Assembly (NCBI GenBank): GCA_964578175.1
Contig: CAZOBH010000001.1
Location: forward strand, 3,198 to 67,197
Direction of reading: 5' to 3'
DNA length: 64,000 bases
DNA from: an uncultured Clostridium sp.
GTDB taxonomy: Bacteria; Bacillota_I; Bacilli_A; RF39; UBA660
Shown: piece by piece, positions 19,507 to 30,773 of the stretch
Numbering within the stretch: position 1 is the stretch's first letter
Layout of the letters: the number at the start of each line of letters is the position of its first letter
Program-made: the position numbers and the translations under genes
The notes under the pieces: generated by a model
Told to the model about the DNA's origin: nothing
What the model saw: only the letters and a program-made list of their open reading frames with translations
Databases searched by the model: none

Positions 19507-19968
19507 TTAATCTTCTAGTTCCATTTCATCTTCATCGATTACAACTAAATCTTTTAAATCATCATCTGAATCATCGAAATCTTCATCATCATTCTCTTGA
19601 TCATAATCAATTTCGTCAGTATCTTCGTCATCCTCTTTTTCTCTTGTTTGATCTAATTCATCATCATCTTCGTCGTCTTCTTCAGTATCTAATGATGTTA
19701 TTTTTTTATTTGTTTTTGAAGATGCATACTTTTCACTTAAATCCCAATTACCATCTTCTAGTAATATGAATCTTTTATCGGTTGTAAGTGTAGTATAGTA
19801 ATCTCCAATTTTATTTTCATAAAAACTATTAGGCAATTCTAGAGAAGTAGTTATTTTTTTAAATAAATCAGCTGTATTCATTGCGCCACATTCTTTGATT
19901 AACATATATGTTAAATCTTTGTGTGAATATAGTTCTAAATCTTCTTTAGACATTTCTTTAATGCTCAT
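19507..19968 (-). CDS. rpoE: RNA polymerase delta subunit
   Basis: N-terminal HARE-HTH-like domain plus a long Asp/Glu-rich acidic tail. The track ORF starts at a TTG inside the GGAGG RBS; the ATG (MSIKE) at 19968 is the likely start. Confidence 0.8.
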   Translation of the reverse strand: MSIKEMSKEDLELYSHKDLTYMLIKECGAMNTADLFKKITTSLELPNSFYENKIGDYYTTLTTDKRFILLEDGNWDLSEKYASSKTNKKITSLDTEEDDEDDDELDQTREKEDDEDTDEIDYDQENDDEDFDDSDDDLKDLVVIDEDEMELED

Positions 19969-20037
19969 TAATAATTCCTCCAAAAAAACATAAACATTAA
20001 CTTTATAGCACTATTCATGAAAATACGCAATACTTTT

Positions 20038-21777
20038 TCACATTTTTTCAGGTACTTTAATAGCTAATATATCTAAAAGTAGTTCATTTGTTGATTTAAC
20101 AACGTCAGTTAAAGTTAACCAAGAGTTACGTTTATCTAAATTTTCTTCACTTAAAACTCTATTTTCAGAATAAAATTTATTAAATAGACTAGTAAGTTTA
20201 TATAGGTAATCTGCAATATCATTTAATGATTTTATATCATATGATTTTTTTAGAACATTAGGTAAAGTCATAAGACATTTAATAATCTCTTTATCAGTTT
20301 CACTTCCAATAACTGAATAATCTTTTTCATATTTACCATTTTTATTTAATAAAGATTTCATACGAATTGTTGAATATAGTAAATAAGGTCCTGTTTTTCC
20401 ATTTAAATCTGCAAACTTTTTAGGATCAAACACATAATCTGTTCCTCTAAAAGATAAGAAATCAGCATATTTTAAAGCAGATATTCCAACCATTTCAGAT
20501 ATCTCATCTTTTTCTTTTTCATCTGTAATACTAGGATTAAGTCTAGATTTAGCCTCATCTATAACAACATCGATAAGTCCTTTTAAATCCATAACTCCAC
20601 CGTCACGTGTTTTAAAAGGTTTTCCATCAGGTCCATTCATTGTACCTAATCCCATATGCATTAATATAGTATTGTCATTAACTAAATGTGTTTTATAGCT
20701 TGCTCTAAATACTTGTTCAAAATATAAACCTTGTCTAAAATCGGTAACATACCATATTTCATCTGGATTAAATCTCTCCATACGAGAATAAATTGTTGCT
20801 AGATCTCTTGTTGCATATAAAGTTGCTCCATCACTTTTAATAATAACTAATGGAGGCATTGGTTTATTATCATCTTCTTTTTGAACATCTATTACTAAAG
20901 CTCCATCACTTTCATATACTAATCCAGTACTTTTCATTTTTTCCATTGTTGCTGGAATATATGGATAAGCATCTGTTTCTCCCTCCCATAGGTCAAAGTC
21001 AGTATTAATTTTTAAATAAACTTCTTTTATATCAGCAATAGATACTTTCTTTATAATATTCCAAAGGGCAACATATCCACGTCTGCCTTCATCAAGTTCA
21101 GCTGTTATTTGTCTAACTTCTTCCATTCTATTTTCATCATCTTTTGCTGCTTGACTAGCTCTAGGATATATTTCCCCTAATTCTTCTGGAGTAATTTTAA
21201 AATCTTCATATTCCCCTTCGTAATCAGGATCAAAAAACTTTAATTCAGGATGAAGTCTTTTTATTTCAGATATAACCATTCCAGATTGACGACCTATATC
21301 ACCAAAATGTACATCTCCAATTACTTCTTTACCTAATACTCTAGCAAGTCTTTTTAATGCTTCTCCAATATTTGCGGGTCTTAAATGACCTACATGTAAT
21401 GTTTTAGCAATATTTGCTCCACCATAGTCTAATATAATTTTTCCACTTTTTTCTTTGTCTATGTTAAGTTCTATATCATTTTTAATAATATTAATAAAAT
21501 CCAACATAGCTTTATCTGATATAGAAAAATTAATGAATCCAGGTCCTGCTATATTAACATTAGTAAATCTTTCATCACTTTCTAATTTGTTTTTAATTAA
21601 CTCAGCAATCTCTCTAGGATTTTTATGATATTCTTTTGCTAATTTCATAGCGTCATTAATTTGATAATCACCTAAATCTGGTCTATTTGATTCTGTTAAA
21701 TCAACTTCTTTTATATCAAAACCTGCATCATTTATATATTTTATAATATCTTCTTCTATTTTCTTAATGTAACTCAT
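20038..21777 (-). CDS. argS: Arginine--tRNA ligase
   Basis: Class-I HVGH motif (NIAKTLHVGHLRP), ArgRS N-terminal and anticodon-binding layout, and a conserved DUF1934 neighbour. Confidence 0.92.
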   Translation of the reverse strand: MSYIKKIEEDIIKYINDAGFDIKEVDLTESNRPDLGDYQINDAMKLAKEYHKNPREIAELIKNKLESDERFTNVNIAGPGFINFSISDKAMLDFINIIKNDIELNIDKEKSGKIILDYGGANIAKTLHVGHLRPANIGEALKRLARVLGKEVIGDVHFGDIGRQSGMVISEIKRLHPELKFFDPDYEGEYEDFKITPEELGEIYPRASQAAKDDENRMEEVRQITAELDEGRRGYVALWNIIKKVSIADIKEVYLKINTDFDLWEGETDAYPYIPATMEKMKSTGLVYESDGALVIDVQKEDDNKPMPPLVIIKSDGATLYATRDLATIYSRMERFNPDEIWYVTDFRQGLYFEQVFRASYKTHLVNDNTILMHMGLGTMNGPDGKPFKTRDGGVMDLKGLIDVVIDEAKSRLNPSITDEKEKDEISEMVGISALKYADFLSFRGTDYVFDPKKFADLNGKTGPYLLYSTIRMKSLLNKNGKYEKDYSVIGSETDKEIIKCLMTLPNVLKKSYDIKSLNDIADYLYKLTSLFNKFYSENRVLSEENLDKRNSWLTLTDVVKSTNELLLDILAIKVPEKM

Positions 21778-21778
21778 A

Positions 21779-22129
21779 TTAAATCTCCTTATATATTAAT
21801 TCAAAACTAAAATCATCATTTTCTAACCGATATTCAACTCTATATTCGTTATCATTTTTTTCTATTTCATATACTTCCATATCCATATCAAAGGATAACT
21901 TAAATTCTTTCATATATAAATTAACTTTTTTATTTCGATAGTCTAGAACAAGATTTTTTTCTATATCATCTCTAGTTATAGTGTCATTTTCTAAATCTAC
22001 CATTACTTTTGTTTTAGATTTTTCAACATAAGTTAAAACATTGTTATTAAGTTCTCCAATATAATTACCAGTTTCTTCTATTTTTGCTTTAACTTTTACA
22101 TTTATATCTACTTTCGTCATACTTATCAC
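21779..22129 (-). CDS. DUF1934 (YwiB-like) beta-barrel protein
   Basis: 116 aa, immediately upstream of argS as in B. subtilis ywiB-argS. The assignment rests on size, composition and synteny. Confidence 0.6.
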   Translation of the reverse strand: MISMTKVDINVKVKAKIEETGNYIGELNNNVLTYVEKSKTKVMVDLENDTITRDDIEKNLVLDYRNKKVNLYMKEFKLSFDMDMEVYEIEKNDNEYRVEYRLENDDFSFELIYKEI

Positions 22130-22185
22130 CGATATGCATATTTTATCATATAAATAAACAAAATAAAAGAATTCATAAATGAACT

Positions 22186-23181
22186 CTAATTATTTTGTGC
22201 TTGAACTGAAGTAATTGCAATAACACCTACTATATCATCAGTACTACAACCACGAGATAGATCATTAATTGGTTTCGCAATTCCTTGAGTAATTGGCCCA
22301 TAAGCTTCAGCTTTTGCAAGTCTTTGAACTAATTTATACCCAATATTTCCAGCATCTAAATCTGGAAATACCAACACATTAGCTCGCCCTGCTACTTCTG
22401 AATCAGGTGCCTTTAATTTAGCTACTTCTGGTACTATTGCAGCATCAAGTTGAAATTCACCATCTAATTTTATATCCGGGTATTTTTCTTTAGCTATATT
22501 TGTTGCTTCAACTACTTTTGTTACATCATCATGTTTTGCACTACCTTTAGTAGAATGAGATAACATAGCAACAATAGGTTCTTTTTCTACTAAAATTTTA
22601 AAACTTTTTGCAGATGATTGTGCAATTGATGCAAGTCTATCTGGAGTTGGATTTTGTTCAAGTCCACTATCTGCAAAAATAAATGTGCCATTTTCTCCAT
22701 ATTCACAATTAGGTACACACATTAAGAAGAATGCTGAAACTAATTCTGCATCTTTTGATGTTTTAATAATTTGCAAAGCAGGTCTTAGTGTATTAGAAGT
22801 AGAATGACACGCACCAGATACTATACCATCTGCTTTTCCATCTTTAACTAACATACATGCAAAATACATATAATCATTTAAAATAAGATTTTTAGCTTCT
22901 TCTTCTGTTAATCCTTTTTCTTTTCTCATTTCATATAAATCATTAATATATTTATCTGTTAATTCATACTCATTTGGATCAATAAAAACAATTTGAGATA
23001 AATCTAAATCACTATTATTATTAATAACTTCGTCTTTATTACCAATAAGTATAATATTTGCAATTTTCTCATTTATTGCCTTAGAAGCTGCTTCAACTAC
23101 TCTTCTATCCATACTTTCTGGTAAAATTATTGTTTTAATTTCATTTTTTGCTCTTTCTTTAATATTATCTATAAAATTCAT
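22186..23181 (-). CDS. pta: Phosphate acetyltransferase
   Basis: MNFIDNIKERAK...ILPES.DRRVVEAA...SGACHSTSNTLRPALQIIKT. The track ORF uses an upstream TTG; the ATG at 23181 has an AAGGAG RBS. Confidence 0.92.
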   Translation of the reverse strand: MNFIDNIKERAKNEIKTIILPESMDRRVVEAASKAINEKIANIILIGNKDEVINNNSDLDLSQIVFIDPNEYELTDKYINDLYEMRKEKGLTEEEAKNLILNDYMYFACMLVKDGKADGIVSGACHSTSNTLRPALQIIKTSKDAELVSAFFLMCVPNCEYGENGTFIFADSGLEQNPTPDRLASIAQSSAKSFKILVEKEPIVAMLSHSTKGSAKHDDVTKVVEATNIAKEKYPDIKLDGEFQLDAAIVPEVAKLKAPDSEVAGRANVLVFPDLDAGNIGYKLVQRLAKAEAYGPITQGIAKPINDLSRGCSTDDIVGVIAITSVQAQNN

Positions 23182-23277
23182 TTTTTCTCCTTCTTTCAAA
23201 AATAATTATATCATTTTATAACAATAATTGAATAGTAGACTAAAGTTTGTTATAATTTTTATGATAGAGGTGGTTAT

Positions 23278-23841
23278 ATGATTCCATACATAGTATTAAT
23301 AATATTTGTAATTATTGTATTGATAATTAATAAATTTAAATCAATTTCTACAGACTACAACATTGTTCTTGATAAAATACATTTAGGTGAAAATGAAATT
23401 CAAAGTTTATTAGAAACTAAAACTAATTTAATGGATGAAATATGTGAATATATCAATGATATGAACGAGAATCCTGTATTTTCTTCTATTCAAAAACTAT
23501 CAAAGAAAAAATACGATACATTAAATTATGATAAGGATTTATCTGATATCTATAATGATTTAAAAGAGTACCTATTTGTTAATAAATCTTTTGTACCAGA
23601 AAATGAAATAAACGATAAAATAAAAGAACTATATAAAATAGAAGATGAATTAATAGCAACTAAAAGATTCTATAATGATAATTCAGAAATATTTAATGAT
23701 TTAATCGATCGTTTTCCGGCTAATATAATAGCAAGAAAAAAAGGTTATGAATATAAATATACATACTCATTTGGAGAAGATGAATTCTTTGCAATACTAA
23801 AAGAAAACGAAACTAAACATACCAAAAAAGCAAGAGCATAA
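23278..23841 (+). CDS. lemA: LemA family membrane protein
   Basis: N-terminal TM helix. The C-terminal RFYNDNSEIFNDLIDRFPANIIARKKGYE matches the LemA signature (R.YN..V..YN..I..FP). It is the only plus-strand gene in the left replichore of this window. Confidence 0.6.
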   Translation: MIPYIVLIIFVIIVLIINKFKSISTDYNIVLDKIHLGENEIQSLLETKTNLMDEICEYINDMNENPVFSSIQKLSKKKYDTLNYDKDLSDIYNDLKEYLFVNKSFVPENEINDKIKELYKIEDELIATKRFYNDNSEIFNDLIDRFPANIIARKKGYEYKYTYSFGEDEFFAILKENETKHTKKARA

Positions 23842-23870
23842 AAAAATATCTATTACTAGATATTTTTTTT
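23840..23870. terminator. Bidirectional terminator between convergent lemA and ung
   Basis: Stem ATATCTA / TAGATAT with loop TTAC, flanked by an A-run and a T-run. It overlaps the ung stop codon. Confidence 0.6.
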
Positions 23871-24530
23871 ATTTAGATCCCAATCTATTTCTTTTATTCC
23901 TTTAGACTTTAAAAAATTATTTGTTTTAGAGAATGGTTTGCTTCCAAAGAATCCATTATATGCAGAAAATGGAGATGGATGTGTAGATTCAATTATGTAA
24001 TGGTTTTTATTTGTAATTAAACTTTTTTTAGCCCTTGCATAGCTTCCCCATAATATAAACACAACAGGTTCTTTTTTTTCGTTTATTTTTTTTATTACTG
24101 CATCAGTAAATATTTCCCATCCTTTTCCTTGATGAGATGCTGCCTTATCTTTTTCAACAGTTAAAACACTGTTTAGTAATAGAACTCCTTGATCTGCCCA
24201 TTTAAGTAATGAACCATCATCACATATTTCTATTCCTAAATCATCTTTTAATTCTTTAAAAATGTTATTTAAAGATGGTGGTTTTCTTATCCCTGTTTTA
24301 ACAGAGAAAGATAAACCTTCAGCTTCATTTTCTCCATGGTAAGGATCTTGCCCTAAGATTACTACTTTTAAATCTTTATATTTAGTATGTCTAAATGCAT
24401 TAAATATTTCATTTTTTGGAGGAAAAATCGTTTTTTCCTTATATTCTTTTTCTACAAATGAAATTAATTCTTTAAAATAGTCTTTTTCTATTTCATCTTT
24501 TAATATATTATCCCAATCATTTCCTAACAT
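23856..24530 (-). CDS. ung: Uracil-DNA glycosylase (family 1)
   Basis: VILGQDPYH water-activating loop, the GVLLLN motif and HPSPFS. Confidence 0.95.
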   Translation of the reverse strand: MLGNDWDNILKDEIEKDYFKELISFVEKEYKEKTIFPPKNEIFNAFRHTKYKDLKVVILGQDPYHGENEAEGLSFSVKTGIRKPPSLNNIFKELKDDLGIEICDDGSLLKWADQGVLLLNSVLTVEKDKAASHQGKGWEIFTDAVIKKINEKKEPVVFILWGSYARAKKSLITNKNHYIIESTHPSPFSAYNGFFGSKPFSKTNNFLKSKGIKEIDWDLNKKNI

Positions 24531-26177
24531 CTAATCACTCTCATTCTCATCTATTAATTCATACATAGATAATATTAAACTCTCTTTTAAATTAGAACTA
24601 CTCTTTTCATCGTAATTTTCTATATACTCCTCTGATATTTTATCTATATCTTTATATTTATCTTTATTTTCGTTCTTTTTATTCTTAATTTTATTTAATT
24701 CTTCTGATACTACATATAAATTTTTAGAAATTGATGGATTATTGTAATAATTCGTTTTCTCTTGATAATTATAAGCTAATTTATATAATACTTGTTCATT
24801 ATCTTTTACAGCAACAACATCCATTCCATATGGTAGTCCATTTATTTTACCCATTTGAATACTCATAGTTGGAAAACCAGTTGCAGTTATAACGTATGCA
24901 TATGTTCCACGTGAAGCATGTCTAGCTCCATATACACTATATAAACTCTCTCTTATATTTGGATAAACAACTACATCTAAATTATATTTTTTAAATTTAT
25001 TATTAACATAAGTAGTAAATGCATCTCTTCCTTTTTTTACTGTTGCATATTGACTTGATTTTATATAGTCTTTACTACACCATGATAGATCAACCCAAGA
25101 CATATCACTTACATATCCGCCATTTTTCTTTAATTCTTGAAACGATCTAATAGTTCCGGTTGTACCTTTTAAATACTCATTAAAATCATAACAGAATGAT
25201 GGTCTATTAAATGAATAATAACCATTATAGAAGTCATTTACATAAACAATTTCAGCTCCAAGGCTTTTCATATTTTTTAATGTTTTATTAAATAAATTTT
25301 GAATTCCAGTTGTTACTTTTCCATTAGTTAATTGAGTAGCTACTCCAATTCTTAATCCTTTAAGAGATTGAGTTTTATTTGTAGTATTTTCATATTTTTT
25401 ATCTTTATTTTGTAATATATCTAATAATATAGCATTATCTTCAACATATCTTGTAATTGGTCCTATTGTGTCTCTAGTTTTATCATATTTTATTACACCA
25501 TCACCAGAAATAGAACCCCAAGTAGGTCTAATACCTATTAAGTTATTAGCTGAACTTGGAAGTCTTACTGAACCTCCAGTATCAGTTCCAAGACCTGCAA
25601 CTGCAAAATTAGCAGCTACAGCAACAGCTGTTCCTCCACTTGAACCATAACTTGAATAACTAGTATTATATGCGTTTCTAACATGTCCATAAGAACTATG
25701 TGAATTATAAGCAGATAATGCAAATTCACTCATATTTGTTTTACCAATTATTATTCCTCCGGCATCTTTAATATTTTTAATAGCTGGAGCATCATTTTTA
25801 GGATAATTATCTTTTAAAGCTTTTGTTCCTCCTGTTGTAGGCATTCCTTTAACATCAATATTATCCTTTACAACTATTGGAAGACCAAAGAGCATTGATT
25901 TTCTTCCATTCTTTTTATATTCAACATCAGCTTTTTTAGCTTCTTCTATAGCATCTTTATTTATATATAAAATTGCATTATATTTTTCATTATATTCATC
26001 AATTCTTTCAAGATAAATATTCATTATTTTTTCATATGTTAAGTATCCATCATCAACAGCTTCTTGTATCTCTTCAATATTCATTTCTGTTATATCTATA
26101 CTTGCTTCAGTAATAGAATTAGGCGTTGTTGTATTAATAGTTGCTAGCACTGAGAATAAACCAATTAAACCTTTCAT
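24531..26177 (-). CDS. Secreted amidase-signature family protein
   Basis: N-terminal signal-like segment and the amidase signature GSSGGTAVAVAA...GTDTGGSVRLPS. The substrate is unknown. Confidence 0.75.
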   Translation of the reverse strand: MKGLIGLFSVLATINTTTPNSITEASIDITEMNIEEIQEAVDDGYLTYEKIMNIYLERIDEYNEKYNAILYINKDAIEEAKKADVEYKKNGRKSMLFGLPIVVKDNIDVKGMPTTGGTKALKDNYPKNDAPAIKNIKDAGGIIIGKTNMSEFALSAYNSHSSYGHVRNAYNTSYSSYGSSGGTAVAVAANFAVAGLGTDTGGSVRLPSSANNLIGIRPTWGSISGDGVIKYDKTRDTIGPITRYVEDNAILLDILQNKDKKYENTTNKTQSLKGLRIGVATQLTNGKVTTGIQNLFNKTLKNMKSLGAEIVYVNDFYNGYYSFNRPSFCYDFNEYLKGTTGTIRSFQELKKNGGYVSDMSWVDLSWCSKDYIKSSQYATVKKGRDAFTTYVNNKFKKYNLDVVVYPNIRESLYSVYGARHASRGTYAYVITATGFPTMSIQMGKINGLPYGMDVVAVKDNEQVLYKLAYNYQEKTNYYNNPSISKNLYVVSEELNKIKNKKNENKDKYKDIDKISEEYIENYDEKSSSNLKESLILSMYELIDENESD

Positions 26178-26233
26178 TACATCATCTACTTTCTACTTAA
26201 GAATAACATTACATATTAAAAAAAACAATAAAT

Positions 26234-26689
26234 CTATTTATGATAAGATTCATTGTTTTTTATTTTATATGCTCTATATATTTGTTCTAATAACATAACT
26301 CTAAATAATTGATGAGGGAATGTCATTTTTGAAAAAGATAATCTATAATTGGATATTTTTTTTATTTCTTCTATCAATCCATAACTTCCACCAATAATAA
26401 AAGTTATATTACTATAATTTAAGTAAATATTATCTATTTTCTTAGAAAAGTTAATAGAATCTATTACTTCTCCATCTATATCAAGACATATTATATAATC
26501 TTTTCTATTAATTCTTTTTAATATCTCTTCTCCCTCTTTTTTCATTGCCACTTTTTCTTCTACAAGACCTTCATCTTGTATTTCTACAATTTCTAAAGAA
26601 GTATATTTACTTATTCTTTTTGTATATTCATCTATTGCGTCTTTTAAATATTTCTCTTTTATTTTACCAACACATATTATTTTAATCAT
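26234..26689 (-). CDS. rlmH: 23S rRNA (pseudouridine1915-N3)-methyltransferase
   Basis: SPOUT family, correct size, and the C-terminal motif LSFSKMTFPHQLFRVMLLEQIYRAY. Confidence 0.9.
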   Translation of the reverse strand: MIKIICVGKIKEKYLKDAIDEYTKRISKYTSLEIVEIQDEGLVEEKVAMKKEGEEILKRINRKDYIICLDIDGEVIDSINFSKKIDNIYLNYSNITFIIGGSYGLIEEIKKISNYRLSFSKMTFPHQLFRVMLLEQIYRAYKIKNNESYHK

Positions 26690-27447
26690 ATTTCAATCAT
26701 CTCACTTGCTAACATTTGATGAGTTAATTTAATCTTATCTAAATCAAAGTCAAAGTCTTTTAATTCAGATTTTACTTCTTTTTCTGCTAATTCATAAGTA
26801 TTATTATTTTCACTTATATGAGCAAGATATACATACTTAGTTCTATTAGTTAGTATTTGTTTTAATATATCTGCACAATCAATATTAGATAAATGTCCAT
26901 AATCACTTCTGATTCTATTTTTTAATTGATATGGATAAGGTCCATTATTAAGCATTTCAATATTATAATTAGATTCTAGTACGTATACATCTTTACCTTT
27001 AATATTATTAATATATTTTTGATTTAAATAACCTGTATCAGTTATATATACCATTTCTTTATTTTTATAATTTATTATTAATCCATAACAATCTACATCA
27101 TGTGATAATTTAATAGTATTTATTTGAACATTATCTATAAAGAATTTTTTTTCTATTATTTTTATTTGATTAGGAGGAACTATCTTTAATATTTCTCTAA
27201 CAAGAGGTTCCTCAATATATACATCTGCATCTGTTTTCTTTATAAACACTTTTAATCCCTTAATATGATCACTATGAGTATGAGTTAATATTATGGCATT
27301 TATATCTTTAGGAGTTAAATCTACTTTTCTTAATTCATTTTCAATATAACTAGCAGTAGCACCACAATCTATTAATATTTTTGTATTATCACAAATTATT
27401 AAAGTACAATTTGCTTTTGAACCACTCGTTAATATTTTTATTTTCAT
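26686..27447 (-). CDS. yycJ: MBL-fold metallo-hydrolase, YycJ/WalJ-like
   Basis: HTHSDH metal-binding motif and a C-terminal HLS. The position next to rlmH matches the Bacillus yycJ-rlmH neighbourhood. Confidence 0.65.
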   Translation of the reverse strand: MKIKILTSGSKANCTLIICDNTKILIDCGATASYIENELRKVDLTPKDINAIILTHTHSDHIKGLKVFIKKTDADVYIEEPLVREILKIVPPNQIKIIEKKFFIDNVQINTIKLSHDVDCYGLIINYKNKEMVYITDTGYLNQKYINNIKGKDVYVLESNYNIEMLNNGPYPYQLKNRIRSDYGHLSNIDCADILKQILTNRTKYVYLAHISENNNTYELAEKEVKSELKDFDFDLDKIKLTHQMLASEMIEI

Positions 27448-28970
27448 TACTTAAAGTTTAACTTCTTAAGTGGGTCATAACTAACTGATCCACCATAATA
27501 TGGTTTTCCCTTCCATAATCCAAAATGTAAATGAACTCCTGTTGCTCTACCTTTTTGACCCATAATACCAATTACTTGTCCACTACTTATTGTATCTCCC
27601 GCTTTAACATAAATAGTTTTCATATGGCAGTAAGTTGTATAATATCCATTACTATGTCTAATAATAATTTCTCCATTAGAATCATTTCTCTTCCAAACAA
27701 CTCCATTATTAGCAGCATATATCTTACTATATTTTGTAGCTGTAGAAACTAAATCAACTGCAGCGTGAAGTTTTCTCCATCTATATCCATAAGGACTATT
27801 AATCTTATAAGGTCTTTGAATAGGAAAATGCCATACACCACTTATCTTAACAGTAGGATTCTTATCACTAGTAGAACTTCCTCCTCCACTTGTTGAAGAT
27901 TTTTTAGTTCCACGTAAAACTATTTTATTAACTGCTTTCTTAATAACTTTAGATTTTTGGTTTTCTGTTGTAATTGTTTCACCATTTTCTTTTAATAAGT
28001 TGTAAGAAACTTTAGCTAGTCCATCTTGTCCCTCTTGTTGAACTTTTTCTTTACCTTTTAATAATGTATTATCATCTTTGTATATTGTTTCATAATCAAC
28101 TTTTTCTATTTCTACAACATAATCATCTTCAGCAACAACTATTGCTGGATCAATTGTAGCAACGTTTACGATTTGTCCTGTATATAACAAATTATCTTCA
28201 CTAGTTAAATCTGGATTAGCTACCAAGAATTCATTTGAAGACATTTTGTTATTGAACGCTATTTGTTCAATGGTATCTCCAACTTTAACTTTATATTCTT
28301 TATCATTAGGATTCTCACCAAATAATAAGAATCTATTTAATTCATTATTGTCAGTATATATGTTTTCAGTAACAGGAATATTTCCTTTTTTTATTGTAAT
28401 TTTGTTTTTAATATATATGTTTTCTATTATTCTACCTACATCATCGTCACCGAGTTCTTGTTGTAAGTTTTTAACAAATTTTTCATAATCCTCTTCATTT
28501 ACAAAAGCTTTAATTGTATCTTCAAGAGAATCTACGAAAAGTTTTTTATCTAATACATATATTGTTGATGTTTTAGTAATTTCATCATCATCTGATTCAT
28601 CATTAACTGTCTTTTTAACTCCTTTAATTTTAATTTCATATCCTTCTATTGTAAAAGGAGCTTTTTCTTTAATTTCATCATATATTTCTTCAACTGAAGA
28701 TATTTTATTTGTAAAAGTTTTTTCTTTAACAACATCTAAATTGTTTGGTAAAGATACTTTACTAACTTTATATTTATCTTTTATAAAACTCTCTTCTTGG
28801 TCAATATATCCTTCTAGTTCATCTTTAGATTCAATATAACCTAGAGATTTACCTTCAAGATATACTCTATATAAAGTCCTTGGTTCTTTAGCATGAGTAT
28901 AACCCATAAAAAACACACTAGAACTTAGTAATAAAGCTAAAAATATACCTATAAACACCTTTTTATTCAT
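27447..28970 (-). CDS. Secreted cell-wall hydrolase: LysM + G5 + M23 metallopeptidase domains
   Basis: Signal peptide MNKKVFIGIFLALLL. LysM-like KVKVGDTIEQIAFNN...GQIVNV, G5-like YETIYKDDNTLLKGKEKVQQEGQDG, and M23 motifs HAAVDL...HLHFGL. The ATG at 28970 overlaps the dnaB stop; the track ORF extends to 28991. Confidence 0.85.
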   Translation of the reverse strand: MNKKVFIGIFLALLLSSSVFFMGYTHAKEPRTLYRVYLEGKSLGYIESKDELEGYIDQEESFIKDKYKVSKVSLPNNLDVVKEKTFTNKISSVEEIYDEIKEKAPFTIEGYEIKIKGVKKTVNDESDDDEITKTSTIYVLDKKLFVDSLEDTIKAFVNEEDYEKFVKNLQQELGDDDVGRIIENIYIKNKITIKKGNIPVTENIYTDNNELNRFLLFGENPNDKEYKVKVGDTIEQIAFNNKMSSNEFLVANPDLTSEDNLLYTGQIVNVATIDPAIVVAEDDYVVEIEKVDYETIYKDDNTLLKGKEKVQQEGQDGLAKVSYNLLKENGETITTENQKSKVIKKAVNKIVLRGTKKSSTSGGGSSTSDKNPTVKISGVWHFPIQRPYKINSPYGYRWRKLHAAVDLVSTATKYSKIYAANNGVVWKRNDSNGEIIIRHSNGYYTTYCHMKTIYVKAGDTISSGQVIGIMGQKGRATGVHLHFGLWKGKPYYGGSVSYDPLKKLNFK

Positions 28971-30318
28971 GATTATCACCCTCATCATCATTTCTATAAC
29001 TTAAGAATGTTGAAGTATCTCTTTTAAATAATAAATTAATAGTTTTTACTGGTCCATTACGATGCTTAGCTACAATAAATTCACTAATACTTGTATTATT
29101 ATCTGTTATTTTCTCTTTATTGTAATAATCATCTCTATATAAGAATGCAACTATATCTGCATCCTGTTCAATAGAACCTGATTCTCTTAAATCACTGATA
29201 ATTGGTCTTTTATTTTCACGAGCATCTACTGCACGAGAAAGTTGAGCTAAAGCAACTACTGGAACATTTAATTCCATAGCCATCGTCTTTAATGCTCTTG
29301 ATATATCAGATACTTCTTGTTGTCTATTTCCATTATAATTAGCTCCACTAGAAATTAATTGTAAGTAGTCTATTATAATTAGTCCTAAACCTTCTTCAGA
29401 TGCAGCAAGTCTTCTACATTTACTTCTTATTTCTCCTATTGTTACCCCAGGAGTATCATCCATATATAATTTAGCATCAGATAATTGACTTATAGCTTCA
29501 TTTACTCTTTTCCAATCTTCATTTAATAATTTACCTGTAGCTAATTTGCTTCCTTCTACTTGTCCAAGAGAAGATATCATACGAGAAGCTAATTGTTCAG
29601 CTCCCATCTCCATATTAAATAAAGCAACTGTTTTCCCACTATTCATTGCCACATGTGTAGCTAAATTAACAGCCCATGCAGTTTTTCCCATAGCAGGACG
29701 AGCAGCAACTATTATTAGTTGATTTTCATGTAATCCAGCTGTTAATTTATCAATATCAATCCATCCAGTTGCTATACCAGTTACATCCATTTTCTTTCTA
29801 GCAAGTAGTTCTAAATCTTCTTCTGCCTTATTTAAAACTTCCCTAATTGTTTTAAACTCAGTTGATCTTCTATTCTTTACTACACTTAAGATTTTTCTTT
29901 CAGCGTTATCAATAGTTTCATTAACATCTAACTCTCTATTATAAGCTGATGTTGTAATATCAGTTGATACTTCAATTAATCTTCTTAATAAAGATGCTTC
30001 TTCTACTTCTTTTATATATTGTTCAATATAAGCTGATGTAGCAGTTCTATTTAATATTTCTGTAAGATACTCTACACCACCAACTTCATTAAGTAAATTT
30101 TTATTTTTAAGTTCTGTTGTTACTGTAGTTAAGTCTATCGGTATTTTATTTTCATTCATCTCTTTAATAGTAGTAAATATCTTAGCATTACTATTAGAAT
30201 AAAATGAATTTTCTTGTAACGAATCACAAGCTTTTTGTAACGCACCTTTATCTAAAAACATAGAACCAAGGACAGCTTGTTCTGATTCTATATTATTTGG
30301 TATTTCTTTTGTAGGCAT
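28963..30318 (-). CDS. dnaB: Replicative DNA helicase (DnaB family; DnaC in B. subtilis nomenclature)
   Basis: Walker A ARPAMGKTA, the IIIDYLQL motif and a RecA-like C-terminal domain. Conserved rplI-dnaB synteny. Confidence 0.95.
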   Translation of the reverse strand: MPTKEIPNNIESEQAVLGSMFLDKGALQKACDSLQENSFYSNSNAKIFTTIKEMNENKIPIDLTTVTTELKNKNLLNEVGGVEYLTEILNRTATSAYIEQYIKEVEEASLLRRLIEVSTDITTSAYNRELDVNETIDNAERKILSVVKNRRSTEFKTIREVLNKAEEDLELLARKKMDVTGIATGWIDIDKLTAGLHENQLIIVAARPAMGKTAWAVNLATHVAMNSGKTVALFNMEMGAEQLASRMISSLGQVEGSKLATGKLLNEDWKRVNEAISQLSDAKLYMDDTPGVTIGEIRSKCRRLAASEEGLGLIIIDYLQLISSGANYNGNRQQEVSDISRALKTMAMELNVPVVALAQLSRAVDARENKRPIISDLRESGSIEQDADIVAFLYRDDYYNKEKITDNNTSISEFIVAKHRNGPVKTINLLFKRDTSTFLSYRNDDEGDNHE

Positions 30319-30328
30319 TTAATCACCT

Positions 30329-30769
30329 CTATTTTTCTAGTTTTATTTTAATATTTGCAAATATATCTTTATATAAATTTATTTTTACATCATGGAATCC
30401 AAGAGACGTGATGCTATGATCTAAATCTATATCCTTTTTATTAATCTTAAATCCTAATTTATCTAATTCATCTTTTATTTGTTTTGGACTAACGCTTCCA
30501 AAAACTTTATCTCCTTCACCTGTTTTTACTTTAAATGATAGAGTTTTATTTTCTAATTTTTTCTTTAATTCATTAGCTTCAATTCTATTTGATTCATCCT
30601 CTTGTTTCTCTTGCTTTTTTTCTCTATTAAATTGAGATAGAGTTTGTTCAGTAAGTCTAACTGCATATCCTTTCTTTATAAGAAAATTTTCTGCATAACC
30701 ATCCTTTACCTCTTTAATGTCGTCTTTTTTTCCTTGCCCTTTTACATTCTTTAGAAATATGACCTTCAT
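30329..30769 (-). CDS. rplI: 50S ribosomal protein L9
   Basis: [36 protein letters not shown]. Confidence 0.95.
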   Translation of the reverse strand: MKVIFLKNVKGQGKKDDIKEVKDGYAENFLIKKGYAVRLTEQTLSQFNREKKQEKQEDESNRIEANELKKKLENKTLSFKVKTGEGDKVFGSVSPKQIKDELDKLGFKINKKDIDLDHSITSLGFHDVKINLYKDIFANIKIKLEK

Positions 30770-30773
30770 TAAA